Shown here piece by piece: positions 54,951 to 64,000 of a stretch of DNA of 64,000 nucleotides. How positions within the stretch are numbered: the stretch's first letter is position 1; each line of letters begins with the position of its first letter. The position numbers and the translations under genes are program-made. Below the pieces are notes generated by a model. That model was not told where the DNA came from. It was given only the letters and a program-made list of their open reading frames with translations, and made no database searches. Source of the DNA: Oculina patagonica (taxonomy: Eukaryota); NCBI RefSeq assembly GCF_052425735.1, contig NC_135769.1, forward strand, positions 30,194,001-30,258,000. The letters run 5' to 3'.

Positions 54951-57678
54951 ATGATGACTCTGTTCGCGGATTCAGAAACAGCTCAGGTTGCCATAGTAAC
55001 TGTTCTTTCTATCCTTGTCATGGTAGACGTCATCGGGAACACCCTTGTTTGCATTATCATAATGAGAAATCAAGACATGAGGTATTTCGAGGTTCATAGT
55101 GTAATGCTGTGAATTTACTTTTCAGAAAAAAAAAAAAACTTACCATCGTGTTCGTGTAGTATTTTAAACAGCTTTATTAGCTTTATTAGCTGTGTAGGCC
55201 TTAGCCTAGGGACAAAAGAGATAATCTCGAGGAAGATTATATTAGTCTGAAATGAGATGACAGCTGACATTTCAGACTAAAGGAAGGTTTACATCATTGG
55301 TAATATTAAATGGATCCCATATTCGATATTACTCAAAAAGCGCAGTTAACTGAAAAATAGCTCGCAATGGATGGTCTGATAGGCTAGATGAATAATATCA
55401 AGTAAGCTTCATGCCATTATACAAGGACCACTCTGAAAAGATTACCCGCAATTGTAGCCGGATCCATTGGTGTAGCTCAGTATCAGTCCAATACCGACTT
55501 AATAACGAACTTTAAATGCTGGACTGATCACACGGGGACGATGTTAATCAAAGATTTTGCACAATAAGTTGGTTATATTAAAAAAATATTGGGCTAACAT
55601 CGTTTATAGTATAATCTCTAGTGTTTGAAAGCCACGCATTTAAAGTTTGAATAAAAATCTCGGTTATTCGACTGACAAATTCATGGACTTGAATCCTGCT
55701 TTGACTTGGAATTAATTGATATTTATCATTATGCCGTTGAACTAATATTTCCAAATCCAAATCCTATAGGACTCCAATGAACTATCTTCTTGTAAACTTA
55801 GCAGTGGCAGACTTAATGGTAGCGACGTTCTTTGCACTAATGCACATTTTCATCCATACGTTCACCCACCCCGATGGTGTCACAGGAACAATGTTCTGCA
55901 AATTTTTGACTGGGGGAACCTTCGGATGGGTTGGAGGTGTCTCCTCATCCTTCACGTTGGTTGCAATCGCCACTGAGCGGTACTATGCTGTCATTTATCC
56001 CCATGGTAACAAAGGAAAACTTACAAAGAGTAAACTGAAGGTGTGTTCAAAGGTTTATTGGTATCGACAGAGTTCCTTGACCGTGATTTATTTTAAGCAA
56101 TATAGCTTTTAAATGACTTCTTCCATATGTCAACCGGCTTATCCACTACACTTCCAGCTTTACAATACTAAATAAGTTTAAATTAATAAAACATCAACCT
56201 ATTATTTCAAGCTAAAAATACAAAAGTATTCCAGTCTAGCTATATGTAGAGCTCTGATAAACAATGAAGACATTTTTTTTATCTCATTTCTTCATTATTT
56301 ATTAAATAAACTTTTGATGCAAATATCTAGTTGTTATGATAATTTTTAAACGGTGAGTTATAGTTATTTACTTTTCACGAAACACAACTAGCGCGTTCTT
56401 AGTTTGTATTACTTGCTAAAAAGATATTACTATCTTTCACTTGCATTTTTGCGAACGTGATTTTATTAATTCTCCGTTGCAGGTAATTATTCCCGCCTCT
56501 TGGATTTTTTCTTTGATAATAAATACCCCAGTGTTTCTGAGCATGAAATTGGATAACACGATCGCCTCTTGCCTTGAGAAGTGGCCTGAAGAGTGGATGG
56601 GAAAGGCCTTTAGTATGACGTGGTTTCTTACGTTTGGAGCTTTCCCCATAATGATGATGATTGCATTATACTCCAGAGTTGTGTACAGTTTGTGGTTCAA
56701 GCGTCAACACAGCGAACTTTCGCTTCAACAAAGGGTAGGTTAACAATACCACTGTCATTAGATAGGCCTTTTCCCGAACAGTGTCACATTTAAAACTGAA
56801 AAATGCGTAATGGAATTAGAAAGATCGCTGATTTCATAGCCTGGCCGACGTTCAAAGAGGAGGGAGAAGGGGAATTCCGATTGCGCTTCGCGCTCTCTCC
56901 TCGCACCTCGCGCTTCACGCTCGAACTCCCCTTCTCCTTCCCCTTTGAACGCCGGCCACGCAGGCTACTGATTTCAAGGCAACATCCAGCTTTTTTCCAT
57001 GCGATTCTTCTGAATTTTTTGTACTCGAATAAAATGTTCTGTTAGCAGTCTCAAAAATGTTACACTCACTAAAACCATCACGACGTTTCCATTTCATTTA
57101 TCATCTCTACTTCCAGTGTCAATAACTAGCAGTGAGACATGGAGAGGGTGAGGGGATTAAAACGTATTTCATAGGGCATATTGAACCTTGGCGTGATTAG
57201 ATCCTGGCCTGGATAAGAATATTTGAACTTTACATTATTAATGTGGTTTCAACAGAGTCGGGAACAGTAACTTGAATCAATGGCATTTATTCATAACAGT
57301 TACATGAATCACGCTTCTCTTTTTTCACAGGGTGTGCTAAAGATACGGAAGCGAGTCACTCTGATGGTCGTTACAGTGAGCACTATCTTTGCAATCTGTT
57401 GGTTGACTGACGGAGTTATCTACATCTTGAGCTATTACAGCACCACCAATCGCCCAAACGATGTTACGTATGCCGTCGCTTTCACAATGATCTTGTTCAA
57501 TTCTGCCGTGAATCCCTTTGTATATGCTTTGGTAAATCAACGGTTCAGGGAAAAGATGAAAGGAATGTTATGCCGCACTTGCCGCCATACAAACAGGATT
57601 CATTCCACGAGCCGGAGTGATGAGCACGAAGCTGGCTCTGATAGTAACGTCGCTCACCCGACCCAAACGGTAGAATAG
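54951..57678 (+). CDS. Class A GPCR paralog 6, 4 exons, ~333 aa
   Basis: Exons 54951-55081, 55770-56040, 56483-56734, 57331-57678; GT-AG; in frame (1002 nt); GNTLV, NLAVAD, ERY, TM6 CWLT, NPFVY. Confidence 0.92.
56837..56967. mobile_element. Palindromic MITE with TAG..CTA ends and a 9-bp TSD (AcademH-like)
   Basis: TSD ctgatttca at 56828-56836 and 56968-56976; tagcctg...caggcta ends; self-complementary interior. Confidence 0.8.
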
Positions 57679-58854
57679 TGTCCATCAATGACAAATGTAT
57701 CGAAGAAAATAGCTTAGTAACTGTACCATCACACTGTGCCTGAGAACCTGTATCAATGTTATGTTACAGCAACATTTCACCGAGCGTGGAGCTCATTTCA
57801 CTTAAGTGATGTCTCACTGAGTTAAAATATTTATATGTAATCATTATATGGCCGGTTCTCGCAAGGACTGGGGACTACCGAATTCACGAATTTGATTGAT
57901 ACCTGCTAGTGCTCTCAACCTTCTCTTTTTCAAATTGCCATCCACAGGCAAATTGTCAGCGAGAAGTTTTTTTGTTGTTGCCTGGCCATGTAATAAACAC
58001 CTTATTAACCGAGCTTAGTCGGTTCGTACGGGAGAATATTGACCTCGGTCGTGAGTACTACCTCCACCTCCTTTCTAAGCAAGAGAAAACAACATTCACT
58101 CTGTTCCTCCGATTTTTCTCTGAGCATATCTGAATCCAACACTGACAAATTTATTTTGTTACACTCTATCAGAGTCTCCCACAAACATGTCTATTTTTCT
58201 TAACTTATATAATCAGCGAGAGCGCAAGCTAAGCAAGCATACGAGAGCGAGCGCAAAAAGCGTGACGACCGCAGAGCGAGCGCAAAATGTGGTCGATTTT
58301 TTAAATATTCATTTATCAAAAGGGACTACAGAGCCATTTTTCAAGCAAAAAACTAGATTTTCTACCTAGAACCGTGACATTCATCGAATTTCTTCTCTCA
58401 GCTCACTCGCAGCAGTGCAGCGTACGGAGAAAAATGACGGCTGTATATTTTACCACAGTGCCTTGCAAACCTGGCACATACAAAAGTTTTAGCGTTTTAG
58501 CGAAGTTTGTCCCTGTACTAACAACATTATTCATGCTGGGTTTGAAGTTTAAAGAGCTTTTCTGTGCGTTTTTATGGGCGGATGATGGTTTTCTTATGCT
58601 GAGAATTATGGATAATTGTACCAGTCGCCATCGTTTTCGGATTGAATAGAGAGAAAAAGAAAGAGGCTACCGTGTTCGTTGGGGAAGAAATTGATCGACA
58701 TTTCTTCAGTGCGTGTGCTACTGATTACGGGCGAAATTAGGCACAGCAAAGATTCATAGTGCAATGATTGATGTTTACCTTAATCACCTTCAATAACATT
58801 TTAATGCAATATATAAAAGTTCAGTAGTCGGTAGCACAAAGAGCGGCTGAATAA

Positions 58855-59550
58855 TAAAAGTGATTAAAAAATAGATGTTTCAGCAAATTGTAGATGAGTA
58901 CTTAATGCTTTGCATTGTGACTGGGCGAGTATAGAAGATTGTTAAGAGTTTGGATTTCAGAATATAGAGTAAAGCTTAGTGGTCTAGCTAGTTTATGAGC
59001 CATTAACATAATAACGTTGGAATTAAAGAAAAAATTGTTAAAAAGTAGATGTTTCCGCCATGCAAAGACGAGTATTTTTTTTTTTTCATTGTCACTGGGC
59101 GAGTATAGAAGACCGGATAATGAAAATATATATAAAAAAAGATAACTAAAAAGGGTCAAGCTACGTGGTTTAGATTATGAGTTACTAACATAAATAGAAT
59201 TTGAATAAAAAATGATAAGAAGTGGATTTTTCCAGCAGTTAAAATGAATGATTTTTGTTCTGCATCGTGAGTGGGCGCAGAAGGTAGTTGAGGTGCCTAG
59301 ATAATAAAAGAAAAAAAAAAGGCTTAAGCTAAGTGGTATGGTTTATAAGTTATTTGCATAAATAACTTTTGAATAAAAGAAATGATTAAAACGTGGCTAA
59401 TGCTATCATCAATTGAGGATTGGTACCTATCGTTCTGCGTTGTGACTGGGTGAGTAAGGAAGCTAGTTGAGAAGCTTGGATATTAAAAAATGGCTCAATC
59501 TAAGTAGCGTAGTTTATGAGTTAGTAGCATGAAAGCTTTTGAATAAATTG
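58855..59550. repeat. Degenerate tandem array, ~175-bp unit, ~4 copies
   Basis: A tgcattgtgactgggcgagta-like anchor recurs near 58921, 59095, 59271 and 59446, each followed by shared ttatgagtta...ttttgaataaa-like blocks. Confidence 0.7.
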
Positions 59551-61098
59551 AAGATGAAAGAAGCTCAATATAAGTGATCTAGTTTTTTAATTATCTTTAG
59601 AAGTTAAATTTGCAGAGCGAGTTGTCGAAGCGGCGGATGAATTTGTTACACGGACTACAACATTCGTGTGATTAAGCAATCGTAAAACATCACCAGAGGT
59701 AATAATATGAGTTCATGTTAAATCGTTTGAATATTTTCCTGAAAATGGGGACATTTTTCTAAAAACATTTTCTGGAAATGGTGACATGTTCTTAAAGCGT
59801 AAAGGGCGGCCTTTTTTGTTTCTTATGTTAACTTCCCTATCATATTTTGCTTTTACATGGCAATTTTTCTTACCACTTTAGCTGGAAATCATAAAAATTA
59901 CCCTAATCAGAACCTTTTACCAAAGAAATTATTGAAATCTGTTCAGAAGAAAATTTTGAGCAAATGGAAGCGTCAGATGATCATCTCCCTGATAAGAAAT
60001 AAAAACAGACCAGTTTTCCATAAAGACTGGTTCGCCAAGAAAGTAACAAAAGTCGAGCACTTAATGGACAACTGTGGCAATCTTCTTTAATTCCTTGTCT
60101 TCCAAGATATAACATGAAAGTCAGGCCTTAAGCTTTTATAGACTAACCGGCTACAGTCAAACTCCTGAAAAGCATATATCCCGAAATACAAGGCCTCCGC
60201 TAAGGAATGAAAGTTTCTTGTATAAATTCGTAAAAAATGTCGGTAGTATTGCTTCGAAAAAAAAAAAAACTTAAGGCTATTCTTTCGTTTTTTAGTTTTT
60301 AGTTTGCCGCACCATGTATTTAGTCACGAAATTGTTCGTACGGTATGGACACTTTTTTTTTCACTAAGCGGCGAAAAAGAAAGTTTAATTGTCGCTTTTG
60401 TGGTTAATTTCTTCTATATTACAAAAACCAGCAAAAATATTTGACTTTCAATTATAGTGTACTTCTGTTTCTGTGGCCGTTTAAATAGTAGTTTAATAGT
60501 TTTTCTCTTTAGATCGCGCGACTTTCGACAGTTTTTTGCTTTTAAAGTGACGGATGCGTAGACGGCTTCTTCCCTTCTCACTTCAATCGCTAAAAAAAAA
60601 AATTAATTTGGGTGCAAATAAGTAATTTCTTTACCGTCCATAAACCCGTCTTGTTTCGCTTTTATAACGTTGACGCTGACTCTGCTTATTTTTATTAGAT
60701 AATTTTCGAAGCGGTGCAAAACCGTGCAAAGCCTGCTTTTCTTTCAAGTCCCAGTTCCACGCTTAATATCTCGCATCAAAAGCCGATCAAAGTGCGAGAA
60801 TTCTAGATCTCTGAGTATGCGATTCTAAAAGAAACAAATGATCCTTAACTCCACTGCTAAGCAACGGTTTTAATTAGTTTTAAGCAAAAGAAGGATCATC
60901 GCAGTAATGTACTCAACTTAAACAGTTGAGAAAAGCAAGCCTGAAAAAAAAGTCTCCATGTTTTAATCATCAGCTTAAAATTTCGGTATCTATGAAGAAG
61001 GATTAATCCTTACAGAAAAATAATAAAATGTACAGAGCCCCTTCAATAACACACCTCTATTTCGTTTAGTTTTAGGTAAAAAAAAACATAAAATTTTA

Positions 61099-61188
61099 CT
61101 TGGATTAATATATTAATGAAGATCTCATTAAATCTCTCAGTGGTACTAGTGATTTAATGAGATCTTCATTTTTATATATTAATTCAAG
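61099..61188. repeat. ~90-bp inverted repeat (hairpin)
   Basis: Perfect 20-bp core aatgaagatctcattaaatc / gatttaatgagatcttcatt, extended by cttggattaatatat / atatattaattcaag. Confidence 0.75.
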
Positions 61189-64000
61189 ATTGCGAAGTAC
61201 ATCGATACGAAAGCTGTTGATACGAAAGATGTGGTTGAACGCTAATTCACTTACCGTGTTTGAATTTTGGCTTTGATATGCTTTATCGTATTATAACAGC
61301 AAAGTTTCTGATTCATTCTGTAAATATGAATTTGTTATGGTTTAATTACTGAAATTATATATAGTTCTGTCTAAACGTACAAGAACAGTAATTGTAAGAA
61401 ATTGCTGACCGTTTAACTGTTAAGGAGCGCGAACGTGAGTATTATGAGGCTAAGTTAGTAACCGGATGGAAAGATCGGATTTTACTTCCGTTTTGCACTA
61501 AACAGGCGAATATGAGTTCAGAAAATAGCGAGCGAAATGTCTGCGGAATGGGACAAAATCGTGAACAGGTCTTTAGGGGGGGTATACCCAAATGTTTCTG
61601 GCAGCAAAACGACTCACAGCAGCATTAATTCCCAAGGCTGCCAGATTTATTTGGAGCTGGAGTCGGTAAGCGAGGATTATTTATAAAGAACTAATTATAA
61701 AGAAACCAATTATAAAGAAATGTTTGCTTCCATTCTGTGATCAATTGAACATGGTGTAGGAAGTCGACGAAAGGCTTGCCAGGGTAATTCTATTTCCTTT
61801 GAACAAATTTGTGGGAAAGTATACTCAGATTACCAAAGAACAAATTAAGGCGAAATGTTTTATTTGTTTACAATTCGACTGGAAACGGAAATGAAGAACG
61901 CACGAACATGCTGAAAAACAAATTCAAAAGAGCAAAACTACGGTTGACTTCATATGATCTGACTCGCTATTTGAGCAGGTCTTGGGTTCGAGGGTGACTG
62001 GTAAAATTTATAAAGTTCCTCTTATCGCACCGCGACCAAGCCCTGACCTGGTTTACAATCCATCCAGTTCTGTGAAATGATTTCAATTTCTTCTTGATAA
62101 TGGGTACAGACCGTTCGTGTCTCCGGATACCATTGTCTTTTTTTCTGCATTTGGCGTTGGCCTACAAATACAATATCACTAAACTTACTTTTGGTGGCTT
62201 CTATCTGTACTTATTACTAAACGGGATGTCGTGTTTTATCAAGTCAAGTAGCATGAAGCGAGATCCCGAATATTTTACGTCGTTGCATATAAATTGCGAA
62301 TGGACCGACAAATAAATAAAGGTAACAAATTAAAGTGAATGTGTGCAAATACTCTAAACCTCAATTTACACGTACACAAACGAATCTAATAAGTTGAACA
62401 CAAATGGTCTTGGCCATTTTAACAAACGATCAGAGTCTCTCTTTTGAAATATATACCCAAAATTTCAATTTGTATGGTAAATGAAATAATCATAATAATG
62501 AAAACTGTCAGCTTGTTATAATAAGTAGCATTATTTAGGTGCCATACAATTGCACATGATCAGAGGTAGGTGAATATAAACTAAACAAAAACGATATTGC
62601 CTTTTATTACAAGCGCTTTCTTTCTTTTTGCTTAAGCGTATTTGCTATCATTCCGTCAAATGTGTCAACACAAGTTGATGATGTTGCCATTTTTTTTATT
62701 TGCAATATCTCCTACTTTTTTGATACCAAAGAAGTTTCTTTTTGATGAAGATATTTTGCAGCGTTTTCTACGTGATCATCTCCGTATCTTTATCTTCTTT
62801 ATCTTTACACTACCAGGCAAAAAACAGGAACATTATTAATCGAACTAGTGTTAATTGAAGTGGCGCTAAAAAATTAGCCGAATGAGAGGAAAAACCTAAG
62901 CAAATAACATGTATTTGATTTGTGTACTTTAGTTTTTCCGGTGAGTAACTAGGGTTGACATCTTGACTACCGATGTCATAAAAACTGAATCCGCAAACTT
63001 GTCGATCGGTAAAACGCTTTGAGCTTTTAAAATTATTGGATATCGTTGTTTGCTTTTTATTGTCAAACATTTGGCGTCAACACAATTTATTTTAATGAAA
63101 TGAACTTTCAGTGGACTGATACTCTTTTCCTCATGAAGACGAGAATATATGTATTTTGTTTCTGGATGTTGAGAACCGTTTCACCCAGTCATCAGCCTCT
63201 ACGTACGCTTGGTCAAGGTCTTCACTCCCACTTGCTTCATGCTATGCAACTGAAATCATGTAAGTTCCGTTGTGTTTAAACGAATTAAGAAGACAGCTAA
63301 TATAAACTTTAAGCTATATATATTCAATCACGGTATGGAACGAATGTTGTATATAGGAAAGTAAAATGTTCTTTTAAATCGTTCAGTCCCGAATTCGTGC
63401 TGCGGTATTGTTAACTGAATGAAAGCTCTAAAAACACCTTCACTAAATCTTATTGGATCTATTTTTTTTTTATTTCGACATATACTTTTGTGCTCGATTT
63501 TACTCTGACTTGTTTACAAGGTATAAAATTTAAACTTATCGTTTCGCCTTTCATCTGTCAAAGGACTTGAATCAACTTACCGTAACCTTCATTGAAACGG
63601 CTTCTTAATCTTTCATTGCATAGACTTTAGACGAAACATTTTTTTTTCATTTTCCTGCGAGGTAGAATCCTTCTTTAGAGATATTCGTTTCAACGTATGG
63701 TTATGTAAAAATTGCTTTCAGAATTGAGGCACGGTATGAAACAATCAGTAGATTAAACATATGTTGGTTTTAAACACAGAACGCAAAAAAAAAAGACCTA
63801 AAAAAAGGTCTCAATAATGGTTAAGCATTTTATAGAAATCCTGCCTGACAAAAATCATTGCAAAGAATGAAGTCGAGTTTCAGTCACGGTTTCCAATATG
63901 GGTCTGTTTCGTGCTTCGCTATATAGCCTCCTTGACATTGTGGGCAGGTGGCCGTGGAACATCGAGCTCGAAGTAATATCGTTGAATTATTTTTTGTTCT

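Noticed and set aside
5420-57678. Specific gene symbols (e.g. QRFPR, NPFFR, TACR, opsin)
   Set aside because: Orthology cannot be determined by eye, and there is no retinal-binding lysine in TM7, so these are not opsins.
58855-59550. CRISPR-like repeat/spacer array
   Set aside because: Eukaryotic context, whole units are homologous and degenerate, and there are no cas genes.

Overview
AT-rich animal genomic DNA, most likely a cnidarian such as a stony coral (inferred from the repeat families and receptor type). The window holds a head-to-tail (+ strand) cluster of 4-exon class A (rhodopsin-like, neuropeptide-receptor-like) GPCR paralogs. Five look intact (5420-8620, 14662-17350, 29063-37784, 47963-51528, 54951-57678). 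There is also a 5'-truncated pseudogene (42853-45048), a collapsed exon1/exon4 remnant (21843-21973) and a dead duplicate exon 1 (54747-54852). Introns and spacers are full of mobile DNA: a full-length but disabled RTE LINE with a 13-bp TSD, a decayed AcademX transposon nested in a hAT5-like MITE, a Penelope fragment with hammerhead ribozymes, Kolobok-, piggyBac-, PHIS- and AcademH-like MITEs, Crypton/Helentron-like hairpin repeats and tRNA-derived SINEs. The least explained signal is two non-repetitive, strongly T-depleted, CpG-rich inserts bounded by short inverted repeats (1870-2124 and 4141-4650); the second is absent from a sister copy of its host MITE. All calls come from reading the sequence; no database searches were run.
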